Below the pieces are notes generated by a model. The model was not told where the DNA came from and searched no databases. It saw nothing but the letters and a program-made list of their open reading frames with translations. The position numbers and the translations under genes are program-made. 44,453 nt of DNA from Gammaproteobacteria bacterium. GTDB taxonomy: Bacteria; Pseudomonadota; Gammaproteobacteria; GCA-001735895. The DNA lies in NCBI GenBank assembly GCA_050298595.1, contig JBNKUM010000091.1:1-44453 (forward strand), read 5' to 3'. Shown piece after piece: positions 9,111 through 19,028 of the stretch (position 1 is the first letter of the stretch; the number at the start of each line of letters is the position of its first letter).

Positions 9111-9311
9111 TTAGTAACTATTACCGAGATTGTCTGGATCCTGTTCCTGCTCCGCCTTGATACGGTCATAAATTTCTTCACGATGTACAGCCACTTCACG
9201 GGGTGCATTTACACCAATACGCACTTGATTTCCCTTAACGCCGAGAACGGTTACTGTTACTTCATCACCGATCATTAAGGTCTCACCTACTCGCCTTGTT
9301 AATATAAGCAT
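9111..9311 (-). CDS. csrA: Carbon storage regulator CsrA/RsmA
   Basis: [48 protein letters not shown]; synteny with lysC and tRNA-Ser. Confidence 0.99.
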   Translation of the reverse strand: MLILTRRVGETLMIGDEVTVTVLGVKGNQVRIGVNAPREVAVHREEIYDRIKAEQEQDPDNLGNSY

Positions 9312-9489
9312 TTTTCATCTCCTATTTAAGTCAATCATAAATGCAGGTTTTCCGAACAATACCTGTCTTATTATTAATCCAAAAATTACTACGACGTCCG
9401 AGGATAGAATTCTACCCGACATTTTCAGCTAGAGCCAGCCCCAACAGTTACATATCTTTAGATATGCTTACTTCGTCACTTTATTAAGT

Positions 9490-10731
9490 CTAAATTGTTT
9501 CTTCGATAGTCTTTGCCAGATCAAATCCATCGTGTAATGCACGAACTCCAAGCTCTAAATACTTTTCATCAACAACAACAGATATCTTAATCTCTGAGGT
9601 TCCAATCATGATGATGTTAATCCCTTCTTTGGCCAGTACTTCGAACATCCTGCTCGCTATACCAGCATGTGAACGCATACCAACACCAACTATCGAAAGC
9701 TTAGCAATTTTATTATTGCCAGATACCTCTCTGGCACCAAGGCTTTCCGATGTCTTTCTCAAGATTCCCAACGCCAACTCATAATCATTACGATGGACGG
9801 TAAAGGTAAAATCAGTAGTTCCATCTGCACCAATATTTTGAAGAATCATATCGACTTCGATATTAGCATCCGAGATTGGCCCTAAAATTTGGAATGCCAC
9901 GCCGGGAGTATCCGGCACTCCATTAATGGTTAATTGCGCTTCATCACGATTAAAGGCAATTCCAGAAATTACTGCCTGTTCCACAGTATCATCCTCTTTT
10001 GTTTCAGATGTAATCAGAGTTCCACCCCCCTCTTCAAAAGAGGATAAAACGCGTAAAGGTACTTCGTATTTGCCTGCGAATTCAACCGCTCTAATCTGCA
10101 ATACCTTCGATCCCAGACTTGCCATTTCAAGCATTTCTTCAAAGGTGATTTTTTCCAGACGACGTGCATCAGAAACCACACGTGGGTCGGTAGTATAAAC
10201 ACCATCTACATCGGTAAATATCTGGCACTCATCAGCCTTCAATGCGGCCGCTAATGCAACGCCAGTAGTATCAGAACCACCACGCCCCAGAGTCGTGATA
10301 TTGCCATTTTCATCAACTCCCTGAAATCCGGCTACTACAATTATTTTCCCCTCAGCAAGATCCTGTTTAATATTGTCAGAATCAATGGCAAGAATGCGTG
10401 CTTTATTGTGCGCACCATCGGTAACAATTTTAACCTGCGCCCCGGTATAGGATTTAGCCGCATACCCTCTTTTTTCAATCGCCATGGTAAGTAGAGCGAT
10501 AGTTACCTGCTCACCCGTAGTGAGTAGTACATCAAGCTCGCGTCCGCGGATAGAAGGGTTTATCTGTTTGGCCAGATCGGTCAGACGATTAGTTTCCCCA
10601 CTCATAGCAGAAACCACGACAACCATGTCATTGCCCTGGTTTTTATAACCAATGACTTTATCAGCAACCGCCTCAATGCGTTCGATAGAACCCACCGAAG
10701 TTCCGCCATATTTCTGAACTAAAAGTGCCAT
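9490..10731 (-). CDS. lysC: Aspartate kinase
   Basis: VQKYGGTSV, TTLGRGGSDTT, DVDGVYTTDPR and two ACT domains. Confidence 0.97.
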   Translation of the reverse strand: MALLVQKYGGTSVGSIERIEAVADKVIGYKNQGNDMVVVVSAMSGETNRLTDLAKQINPSIRGRELDVLLTTGEQVTIALLTMAIEKRGYAAKSYTGAQVKIVTDGAHNKARILAIDSDNIKQDLAEGKIIVVAGFQGVDENGNITTLGRGGSDTTGVALAAALKADECQIFTDVDGVYTTDPRVVSDARRLEKITFEEMLEMASLGSKVLQIRAVEFAGKYEVPLRVLSSFEEGGGTLITSETKEDDTVEQAVISGIAFNRDEAQLTINGVPDTPGVAFQILGPISDANIEVDMILQNIGADGTTDFTFTVHRNDYELALGILRKTSESLGAREVSGNNKIAKLSIVGVGMRSHAGIASRMFEVLAKEGINIIMIGTSEIKISVVVDEKYLELGVRALHDGFDLAKTIEETI

Positions 10732-10830
10732 TAATGAATTTGCTTAATCTAAAGGAAATCGCTTAACCCGAAATTGGGTCGGGGATTATAGATATCACCA
10801 CGCATCAAGTCACGAAATATCTGATGAAAC

Positions 10831-13461
10831 TCAGTTAGATAATTGTCCTTTTACCCATTCAGGCACAGAATTCAGTGCTTCTGACAGGTTTTCAGGCTGA
10901 TTTCCACCTGCCTGAGCCATATCTGGACGCCCTCCACCTTTACCACCGCACTGTTGTGCAACCATATTCACCAGGTCGCCTGCACGTATTTTTGCCGTTT
11001 CAGCTTTACTCACACCCGCGATGATCGACACCTTGCCTTCTTCCGAAGATGCAAGAACGACTATCGCCTGACCCAGTTTATTTTTTAACTGATCAACGGT
11101 ATCTCGCAATGTTTTGACATCTGCTCCCTCGAGCTCTGCAGCTAATACCTTGATGCCGTCGATCTCTACAGCCTGAGAAGCCAGATCACCACCTGCCTGA
11201 GAGGCTATTCTGGATTTTAACTGTTCCAGTTCTTTTTCCAGCTTGCGCTGGTTTTGCTGCATCTGCTCAACCTTGTGCATCACATCGTCACGACCCGCTT
11301 TGACTAAAGAAGCCAATTGATCAAGCTGGTCCTCATCATCATAAAAGCGCTGCATTGCAGCTTCGCCAGTGAGTGCTTCGATACGACGCACGCCTGCGGC
11401 TACGCCTGTTTCCAGAACGATTTTAAATAGACCTATATCGCCTGCGCGTTCAACATGTGTACCACCACACAGCTCTACCGAATCCGAACCTATACTCAGT
11501 ACACGAACCGTACTGCCATATTTTTCGCCGAACAGCATCATGGCTCCGGTTTCTTTGGCATCGTCTATAGACATCAGCTGAGCCTTTGTTTCCAGATTCA
11601 TTCTGATTTCATCATTCACCAGGCCTTCAATCTGACGAATTTCAGTATCAGTCATGGGTTGAAAATGGGAAAAGTCAAAACGTAATTTTTCACTGTCAAC
11701 CAGTGATCCTTTTTGCTGTACGTGATCACCCAATACGGTACGCAGAGCTTCATGCATTAAATGGGTAGCGGAATGATTTAACTTAATCGCCTGTCGACGC
11801 TGCTCATTCACGTGCGCATAGATTTTATCGCTGGTTTTGATAGAGCCCGACTCAAGCTGGCCTATATGCAAAAACACATCACTCTGTTTTTGCGTGTCAT
11901 TAACCATAAAACGATTATCTCCAGCCAGCAGTTCACCGGTATCACCAACCTGCCCACCAGACTCTCCGTAGAACGGGGTGTGATTCAGGATAATGATCGC
12001 TTCTTCGCCAGCATTAAGCTCGTCGACTTCATCACCATCCTTAATAATACTAATGATCTGACAATCTTCGGCCAGTGATTCATATCCCTTGAATTCAGTT
12101 TTCTGCACATCCTGCAGTTGAATCACATTGTCGCCCGATACGAACTGGCTATGCAAACGCGACAGGTCTTTCTGTTCGGCCATAGCTTTGTCAAAGCCTT
12201 CCAGATCGATTTCAAGCTGCTGTTCGCGCGCCACATCGGCGGTCAAATCTGCCGGGAACCCATAGGTGTCATATAACTTGAAAACAGTTTCGCCATCAAT
12301 CACCTTGCCTCTCATAGTATCGATAGTTTGTTGCAGAATTTTCATTCCATTCTCCAGCGTTTCGGCAAAACGCTGTTCTTCCTTGAGTAACACATTGGCG
12401 ACATGCTGGCTGTTTTTAACCAGTTCTGGATAGGCTTCACCCATTTGTTCAACCAGATCTTCTACCAGTCGATAGAAGAAGGGTTCGTTACAACCCAATT
12501 GATGTCCGTGACGCGAAGCACGTCGAATGATACGACGCAATACATAACCTCGACCTTCATTGGAAGGTAAAACACCATCCACAATCATGAAGGCACAGGA
12601 ACGGATATGATCGGCGATAACGCGTAATGATTTATTTTCCAGATCAGTGACCGAAGTATATTTAGCTGCCGCTTTGATCAAAGCCTGAAACAGGTCGATC
12701 TCATAGTTGCTGTGTACATTCTGTATGATCGCAGCCAGGCGCTCCAGCCCCATACCAGTATCTACCGAAGGCTTGGGCAAAGGAGTCAACGTGCCACTGG
12801 CATCGCGGTCGTATTGCATGAATACTAGATTCCAGATTTCGATGTAACGGTCTCCATCTTCCTCAGGTGACCCCGGAGGTCCACCCCAGATATGATCACC
12901 ATGGTCATAAAAGATTTCACTGCAGGGACCACAGGGGCCGGTATCACCCATCGACCAGAAGTTATCGCTTTCGTTCTTTTTCCCGCCCGGCTTGTCTCCG
13001 ATGCGGCCAAAACGTGCGGGATCAATATTCATTTCCTTAAGCCAGATATCAGCGGCTTCGTCATCTTCTTCGTATACGGTGACCCATAATTTTTCCGCGG
13101 GTAAGCCAACCACTTCGGTCAAAAATTCCCAGGCAAACAGAATGGCTTCGCGCTTAAAGTAATCGCCGAAGCTGAAGTTACCCAGCATTTCAAAAAAGGT
13201 GTGATGACGCGCGGTGTAACCCACATTTTCCAGATCGTTATGTTTTCCGCCAGCCCGCACACAACGCTGTGACGTAGTCGCACGTGTATAGGCGCGTAAA
13301 TCTTTACCCAGAAAAACATCCTTAAACTGCACCATACCAGCATTAGTAAATAACAGGGTGGGGTCATTTCCAGGCACTAGTGAACTGGAAGCCACTACTT
13401 CATGCCCTTTATCTTTAAAGAAAGTCAGAAACTGTTCTCGTAATTCTGCGCTGGTAGTCAT
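10831..13461 (-). CDS. alaS: Alanine--tRNA ligase
   Basis: [34 protein letters not shown], editing HxxxH and ELCGGTHV, C-terminal [14 protein letters not shown]. Confidence 0.99.
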   Translation of the reverse strand: MTTSAELREQFLTFFKDKGHEVVASSSLVPGNDPTLLFTNAGMVQFKDVFLGKDLRAYTRATTSQRCVRAGGKHNDLENVGYTARHHTFFEMLGNFSFGDYFKREAILFAWEFLTEVVGLPAEKLWVTVYEEDDEAADIWLKEMNIDPARFGRIGDKPGGKKNESDNFWSMGDTGPCGPCSEIFYDHGDHIWGGPPGSPEEDGDRYIEIWNLVFMQYDRDASGTLTPLPKPSVDTGMGLERLAAIIQNVHSNYEIDLFQALIKAAAKYTSVTDLENKSLRVIADHIRSCAFMIVDGVLPSNEGRGYVLRRIIRRASRHGHQLGCNEPFFYRLVEDLVEQMGEAYPELVKNSQHVANVLLKEEQRFAETLENGMKILQQTIDTMRGKVIDGETVFKLYDTYGFPADLTADVAREQQLEIDLEGFDKAMAEQKDLSRLHSQFVSGDNVIQLQDVQKTEFKGYESLAEDCQIISIIKDGDEVDELNAGEEAIIILNHTPFYGESGGQVGDTGELLAGDNRFMVNDTQKQSDVFLHIGQLESGSIKTSDKIYAHVNEQRRQAIKLNHSATHLMHEALRTVLGDHVQQKGSLVDSEKLRFDFSHFQPMTDTEIRQIEGLVNDEIRMNLETKAQLMSIDDAKETGAMMLFGEKYGSTVRVLSIGSDSVELCGGTHVERAGDIGLFKIVLETGVAAGVRRIEALTGEAAMQRFYDDEDQLDQLASLVKAGRDDVMHKVEQMQQNQRKLEKELEQLKSRIASQAGGDLASQAVEIDGIKVLAAELEGADVKTLRDTVDQLKNKLGQAIVVLASSEEGKVSIIAGVSKAETAKIRAGDLVNMVAQQCGGKGGGRPDMAQAGGNQPENLSEALNSVPEWVKGQLSN

Positions 13462-13545
13462 TAATACTGTTAAACCTGATTATTGATGATATTTTCCAAG
13501 CCTTTAAATGGCTTACAAACTGAATTTGAATAGGACGGTTCCAAA

Positions 13546-13983
13546 TCAGCGGAATAATCGCATGACTGACTCTGGAGAAAAACCCCTATTTTGCAAAAAA
13601 CGAGCCTGTTTCATCTTTTCTGCATAATCTTCGGGGATATGAGTGCCGAATTTCTTGATACGCTGCTCCTGCATGCGTTCAGTCCAGCTGTCACTGTAGC
13701 AGGACATGACCTGTGCTAGCAGATTTTCGGAAATACCACGCTGGGATAATTCATGCTGTATGCGCAATGGACCATAGCCCTTTTGCGCACGTTGATATAG
13801 ATAGCTCTCGGCATAGCGCTCATCGCTTTGCAGATTTTCCAGTTGCAACTGCTGTAGTGTCTGTTCGATTTCATCATCATCGAATTCGCGCTGCCTGAGT
13901 TTCTGCACCAGTTCACTACGCGAGTGCTCGCGCCGAGAAAGTAAATCCATCGCGGTATTGCGAGCACTACGAACAACCTTCAA
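13546..13983 (-). CDS. recX: Regulatory protein RecX
   Basis: LLSRREHSRSEL, GYGPLRIQHEL, RFLQNRGF; directly downstream of recA. Start codon uncertain. Confidence 0.95.
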   Translation of the reverse strand: MKVVRSARNTAMDLLSRREHSRSELVQKLRQREFDDDEIEQTLQQLQLENLQSDERYAESYLYQRAQKGYGPLRIQHELSQRGISENLLAQVMSCYSDSWTERMQEQRIKKFGTHIPEDYAEKMKQARFLQNRGFSPESVMRLFR

Positions 13984-13986
13984 GAT

Positions 13987-15090
13987 TTAACTCTCAATCA
14001 GATCGGCTTTCGCTTGCTGATTTTCATCCTTGCCTTTACTCCTGCCTTTATTCTTGCCTTCATCTATCTCTTCAACCTTCTCTTCATCCCTGCCTTTATT
14101 CTGTGGCAATAACTCAGCACGGATACGTGCTTCGATGTCGGCGGCCATTTCAGGATGCTCCTTGAGATAATTACGCACATTATCCTTACCCTGACCAATA
14201 CGCTCTTCTTTATAGCTATACCAGGCCCCAGCCTTGTCAACAAACCCCAGCTTAACGCCGAGATCAATTAATTCACCCTCAAGTGAGGTACCTTCACCAT
14301 ACAGGATTTCAAATTCACACTGTTTAAATGGGGGAGCCACCTTATTCTTCACCACCTTGACTCGGGTTTCATTACCCACCACTTCATCACCTTTCTTAAT
14401 GGCACCGATACGACGGATATCCAGACGCACTGAAGAATAGAATTTCAAGGCATTACCACCCGTAGTGGTCTCCGGATTACCGAACATGACACCGATCTTC
14501 ATACGGATCTGGTTGATGAAAATCACCATAGAATTGGATCGTTTGATGCTACCTGTCAGCTTACGTAACGCCTGAGACATCAAACGCGCTTGCAGACCAA
14601 CATGCGAATCACCCATGTCGCCTTCAATCTCTGCCTTTGGTGTCAATGCTGCCACCGAGTCGATTACGATCACATCCACCGCACCCGAACGCACCAGCAT
14701 ATCGGTGATTTCCAGTGATTGTTCGCCGGTATCTGGCTGAGAAACCAGTAATTCTTCCATATCAACACCGAGCTTCTCGGCATATAGTGGATCCAGTGCG
14801 TGCTCCGCATCCACAAACGCTGCTGTTCCACCTTTTTTCTGACACTGTGCCAGCACCTGTAAGGCCAAAGTCGTTTTACCAGAGGATTCAGGACCATAGA
14901 TTTCGATCACCCGACCTTTGGGTAGACCACCCACACCCAGGGCAATATCCAGCGACAAAGAACCGGTTGAGATCGCTTCCAGATTGCGATCGATCATGCC
15001 GTCGCCCATGCGCATCACAGATCCTTTACCAAACTGCTTTTCGATTTGTGTTAACGCAGCGCCTAGCGCCTTCTTTTTATTGTCGTCCAT
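13987..15090 (-). CDS. recA: Recombinase RecA
   Basis: [10 protein letters not shown]-loop, [34 protein letters not shown]. Confidence 0.99.
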   Translation of the reverse strand: MDDNKKKALGAALTQIEKQFGKGSVMRMGDGMIDRNLEAISTGSLSLDIALGVGGLPKGRVIEIYGPESSGKTTLALQVLAQCQKKGGTAAFVDAEHALDPLYAEKLGVDMEELLVSQPDTGEQSLEITDMLVRSGAVDVIVIDSVAALTPKAEIEGDMGDSHVGLQARLMSQALRKLTGSIKRSNSMVIFINQIRMKIGVMFGNPETTTGGNALKFYSSVRLDIRRIGAIKKGDEVVGNETRVKVVKNKVAPPFKQCEFEILYGEGTSLEGELIDLGVKLGFVDKAGAWYSYKEERIGQGKDNVRNYLKEHPEMAADIEARIRAELLPQNKGRDEEKVEEIDEGKNKGRSKGKDENQQAKADLIES

Positions 15091-15279
15091 TTTAACTCCT
15101 GATCGTGTTGAGTGGATTTAATAGCCCCGAATTATCACACAGGATAACGAGAACATAAAGAGAACTTTCATCTGGTGAGGATATTTTTTTATCCGTCCTT
15201 CAGACTCATTTGTTTCATGGAGTAGAGGATAACTTATTAGTGGCTCATGAGGTGAGCCTGAAGAAATTATTTTTGAAAA

Positions 15280-15762
15280 TTAGTTAATGAGTTGAAGGAC
15301 TTGTTGTAATGCATATCGCAGGCTGCTATTTCGCACCCGCTCACGATCGCCTCCAAATACCTGTGTTTCACAGATCAGAGTCTCAGGTGTAGCAAAACCA
15401 AACCATACTGTACCCACCGGTTTTTCAGCACTACCACCACCCGGCCCGGCGATACCGGTTACGGCTATGGCATATTGAGCCGTACTATTTGCAATAGCCC
15501 CCCTGGCCATTTCGCGGGCTGTAGCTTCACTTACAGCGCCATGCCGTTGCAGGGTTTGTGGGCTGACGCCCAGCATATCCATCTTGGCCTGATTGCTGTA
15601 GGTGACAAAGCCGCGTTCGAACCAGTCCGAGCTACCCGCCAGATCGGTAAAAGTTTTAGCGATCAAACCGCCGGTGCAGGATTCAGCTGTGCAGATCATC
15701 GATCCAGTGTGGGTTAATTTCTCGGCGAGCTGGTGAGTGAGTTGTTCAGTATCCAGAGTCAT
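15280..15762 (-). CDS. pncC: Nicotinamide-nucleotide amidohydrolase (CinA C-terminal domain)
   Basis: TAESCTGG, GFVTYSN, GAVSE, TGIAGPGGG; upstream of recA. Confidence 0.95.
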   Translation of the reverse strand: MTLDTEQLTHQLAEKLTHTGSMICTAESCTGGLIAKTFTDLAGSSDWFERGFVTYSNQAKMDMLGVSPQTLQRHGAVSEATAREMARGAIANSTAQYAIAVTGIAGPGGGSAEKPVGTVWFGFATPETLICETQVFGGDRERVRNSSLRYALQQVLQLIN

Positions 15763-15821
15763 GGCGGTATTATAAATGAGTCTGAGAAATATGCCTGCTC
15801 TGATACATGCATGGCTTTAAA

Positions 15822-16102
15822 CCTGGATTCCACAGTTGACCGCTTGTATTAGTGGGTAACCCTCTGTTTCGTAAACGATCACAGTCGGTTTGTATTTTCA
15901 TCAAAGAGGTGAATCCCGCTACGAGCTGAATTGCACGTTTGAGGCAGTGTATCTGTACGTTGCCTATAGGGACATAGGTAAGGGGCGTGAGCAGGACGCG
16001 GAATCTTTGTAACTCCCTGGAATAGCTCGCTATTGTGCGTTGTCACGCCTTGATCTACACCACCTCAAACGCACTACAACTCGTCCAACTGAGGATTCCA
16101 GG
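15822..16102. mobile_element. MITE-like element of ~281 bp
   Basis: Terminal inverted repeats cctggattccacagttg (15822-15838) and caactgaggattccagg (16086-16102), 15/17 match; internal inverted segments; no coding capacity. Confidence 0.65.
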
Positions 16103-16129
16103 AAAAGGCTACTACTTTGAACATTAAAC

Positions 16130-16345
16130 CATTTACTGACGCTTCTACCCGAGTCATCCCTACGGGAACTGGCTATTTACTGTCCCTCAATAAACCAGTG
16201 CAATTTGCTCAACCTCTGGATCAGATATGGCCTGCAATGGAATCTGATTAGCCTCGGCCTCATTCACTCGAACCACATAATCTATGGATGATTGCGGCGA
16301 GGTAATCACCGGGTTCTGCCCCGAACCGCTGGTTTAAATCGCAGC
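16130..16345 (-). pseudogene. pbpC: Relic of the penicillin-binding protein 1C C-terminal domain
   Basis: Manual translation GQNPVITSPQSSIDYVVRVNEAEANQIPLQAISDPEVE, frameshift, then LHWFIEGQ*IASSRRDDSGRS. Matches the PxIxSP...HWF.G...DDxGRS pattern of PBP1C C-termini. Confidence 0.55.
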
Positions 16346-16399
16346 CAGATTCAAATTGTGGCGGCGTTTTCTGGAAAATACCCGACCTTATAAGCATCG

Positions 16400-16859
16400 G
16401 TAGCTTGATGCGGCAACATAGTATCCAGACTCAGAGCTTGCTGATCCCGGCAAAAATTGTAATCGGTAAAAAGATAATCCTGATACGGCTTAAAATGAAA
16501 ATTCTGCGTCTGAATATTCAGTCGCGCTGACATCTTTCTATCCAGTGCGGCGTACTGAATAAATTACCCAGCGTCACTCTGGCGTTAATTTTCTGCTGGG
16601 TATTCCAGCCATTATTGATAACATCCAGCAGCTTACTTTGAATCTTCATGGTATCGGTCTGGAATTCTTCTACCTAGAAACTGCTGCCACCAATCTCTCG
16701 ACCACGATAGCGGTTATCGCGTACCAGATGCAGTGAAACTTCGTTGCTTCCGGTATCAGAAGTGGCTTCGGTCGGATATTGAAAATCTGCTAGCCCCATT
16801 TTTGGTAAGCGATATTTCTCAACCTTAACCTCCTTATTACGTGGATCACTTATAACCAC
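16400..16859 (-). pseudogene. Internal fragment of a bacterial alpha-2-macroglobulin (YfhM-like)
   Basis: VISDPRN...TEATSDTG..VSLHL...IGGSSF*VEEFQTDTMKI...GW...ARVTLGNLF, frameshift, then FHFKPYQDYLFTD. In-frame TAG at 16674-16676 interrupts the FxVEEFxPDxxK motif. Confidence 0.65.
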
Positions 16860-16912
16860 TACTTAATAGATTTATCACAGATAAAATTAATGCGGAATCC
16901 TGGATAATACGC

Positions 16913-17812
16913 TCAAATAGTTTCAGCTCGATTTATCCGCTTATCTGATCGCCGATATCCCGCAATAAGGGAACCACTCACTATCGCCAGACAGGCTAGC
17001 AACAGCGTGATGTCGGCCTTATCAAGTCCGCTCAGCACCAGTAGCAGAGCCGAAATAACTGGAGCAGAGTATGCCAGTACGCCGAGCAGTTGCAGGTTGC
17101 CGTGTTTAATCCCGAAATCCCAGGTAAAGAATGCGAAGCCGACCGGGCCCAGGCCCAGACCTGCAACACCGACCCACTGATTAAATGAGTCAGGCCACAT
17201 CGTTGTCTCCCATAACAAATGACACAGTAGCGCCAGTATCGAAGTGGCTGCGCAAAACCATCCAACTGCATCGGTCGAAACCTGTTTGACCAGACGACTT
17301 AATACCGAATAACCCGACCAGATAAAAGCGCAGGCGAGCGCTAACAGATAACCGCTGAGGTATTGCGGATTAAATCCATCGCCACCCTGACCGATCAATA
17401 ACCAGCAACCAAGCAACGCAATAATTGCACCGAACAGATGTCGTTTAAGCAAGCGCTCCCCTGGCAGCAAGCTGGCAAACACAACAATCAATAACGGCCA
17501 AAGGTAAGCAATCAGACTAACGCTTACCGACGGTGCTCTGGTCATGGCAAGGAAGTAACAAAAATGGTAACCAAAATAGCCACCCACAGCTAATAGCCAG
17601 GCCAGTTTAGGCTGCCGTAGATGGCATAAACCCGACTGCCCCTGTCGCCACCAGTTAAGCAGCATGAGAAAAAAAGCCAGAGCAAAGGTCATCGCCATCA
17701 ATTGAAAGGGCGGTATCCGGCCTTCAGTTAAACGAGTGAACAAAGCCAGAGTACCCCAGAGAAAGATTGAAACAGAACCGATCAGGGTGGCCCGGAAAGT
17801 CATACTCGACAT
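16913..17812 (-). CDS. DMT/EamA family exporter (YddG-like)
   Basis: About 10 TM helices; LIAYLWPLLIV, WSGYSVLSR, GLGPVGFAFFTWDFGIKHG. Confidence 0.9.
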   Translation of the reverse strand: MSSMTFRATLIGSVSIFLWGTLALFTRLTEGRIPPFQLMAMTFALAFFLMLLNWWRQGQSGLCHLRQPKLAWLLAVGGYFGYHFCYFLAMTRAPSVSVSLIAYLWPLLIVVFASLLPGERLLKRHLFGAIIALLGCWLLIGQGGDGFNPQYLSGYLLALACAFIWSGYSVLSRLVKQVSTDAVGWFCAATSILALLCHLLWETTMWPDSFNQWVGVAGLGLGPVGFAFFTWDFGIKHGNLQLLGVLAYSAPVISALLLVLSGLDKADITLLLACLAIVSGSLIAGYRRSDKRINRAETI

Positions 17813-17885
17813 AAAAAATATCCCACTAATGAATCACAAAAGCTTAGCGCCCAAGATACCCGGAATCTTTATCAATAGGGCGAAA

Positions 17886-18638
17886 TTATTTTCCGAAACG
17901 GCGGAAATAACTGGGAGGGATAGCAAAATGCTTACGAAAACGATCGCTAAAGGCTGCAAGGTTGTTATAACCAACAGCGTCTGCCACCTGTTGAATGCTC
18001 AGACTACCTTGCTCTAACAATTGCCAGGCTTGCTGCATGCGTTTCTCAATAAGGTATTGATGGGGTGTCATCCCAAGCTGTTTACGAAAGAGTTCAGTAA
18101 GATGACGAGGACTCAGATTGGCGATAAACGCCAGCTGCCTGTTACTGATGTCTGCGTCGAAATGATTATCCAGATAGTTACGTGCCACAGAAATGCGACG
18201 ATCCAGTCCAGGTTTTTTACCGTATTGTTCCTGCAGTAACTGAATCAACAACAATAGCATCTGCCGCTGGGTAGTGCCGGAGTTACGCTGCAGCAATTGC
18301 TGATGCAGGAAACGCACATACTGATTTAGCGCAGGGCTTAAGTGAATAAAAGGGGGTAACTGTTCAAACTCCGGGGCGAGCACATCAGGAATATCGGCCA
18401 CCACAAAACAGTTCTCCTGTGAAGCTGAAAACCCATGCTCTTTTCCAGCATTGATAATGGCTGCCTGATCAATATTGACCTGACCTGCCTGCTTACCGAC
18501 TGAGATATCCAGCTGACCGCTGACAGGCAACACCAGTTGATGGTAATCATGCTGATGATTATCGGTTTCTGCGCTATAGCTGCGCAGATCAAGAATCAGG
18601 CTATCGAGTGGCATGTACATATTCTCAGGTTTACCCAT
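17886..18638 (-). CDS. AraC family transcriptional regulator
   Basis: Cupin HQHDYHQLVLP; C-terminal double HTH (LSPRHLTELFRKQLGMTP, IQQVADAVGY...FSDRFRKHF). Start may be a few codons later. Confidence 0.93.
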   Translation of the reverse strand: MGKPENMYMPLDSLILDLRSYSAETDNHQHDYHQLVLPVSGQLDISVGKQAGQVNIDQAAIINAGKEHGFSASQENCFVVADIPDVLAPEFEQLPPFIHLSPALNQYVRFLHQQLLQRNSGTTQRQMLLLLIQLLQEQYGKKPGLDRRISVARNYLDNHFDADISNRQLAFIANLSPRHLTELFRKQLGMTPHQYLIEKRMQQAWQLLEQGSLSIQQVADAVGYNNLAAFSDRFRKHFAIPPSYFRRFGK

Positions 18639-18826
18639 CCAGGGGGTCGTTGATAATGAAACAACGTCATGGTAATCGATTCGAATAAAAGCACTACCCT
18701 ACTACTAAACCCGTTTACAAGCTGTCTTAGTTAATTTCTTGTTATTGGAATAAATACTGCTCGGTGCCTGGCGCTCTTTGCTCTGAATTTTTATATTAAA
18801 TGGCTATGTAGCAAACTCAGGCAGTT

Positions 18827-18880
18827 TGTCATCCTATGCTTTACCTATCTTATATTAAATAGGTAAAGCATAGGATGACA
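18827..18880. repeat. Perfect 22-bp palindrome (REP-like)
   Basis: tgtcatcctatgctttacctat-N10-ataggtaaagcataggatgaca. Confidence 0.85.
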
Positions 18881-19028
18881 GGGATATTCTTAAGTAAGTG
18901 CCATTCGTATCTGCCCCAGTTATTCTAGAAGACAAACAACCAGGGCAAAACGAACCCTGAACATTTTACTTCCATGTTTCTCCATACTCTACGTGGCAGC
19001 TCTGGAAACACTCTATTACCGACTGAAA

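Noticed and set aside
15091-15279. LexA box upstream of recA
   Set aside because: No CTGT-N8-ACAG found; GAAC-N6-GAAC does not fit the alphaproteobacterial N7 spacing.
16674-16676. TAG read-through (pyrrolysine) in the macroglobulin-like frame
   Set aside because: The accompanying frameshift and truncations indicate pseudogene decay.
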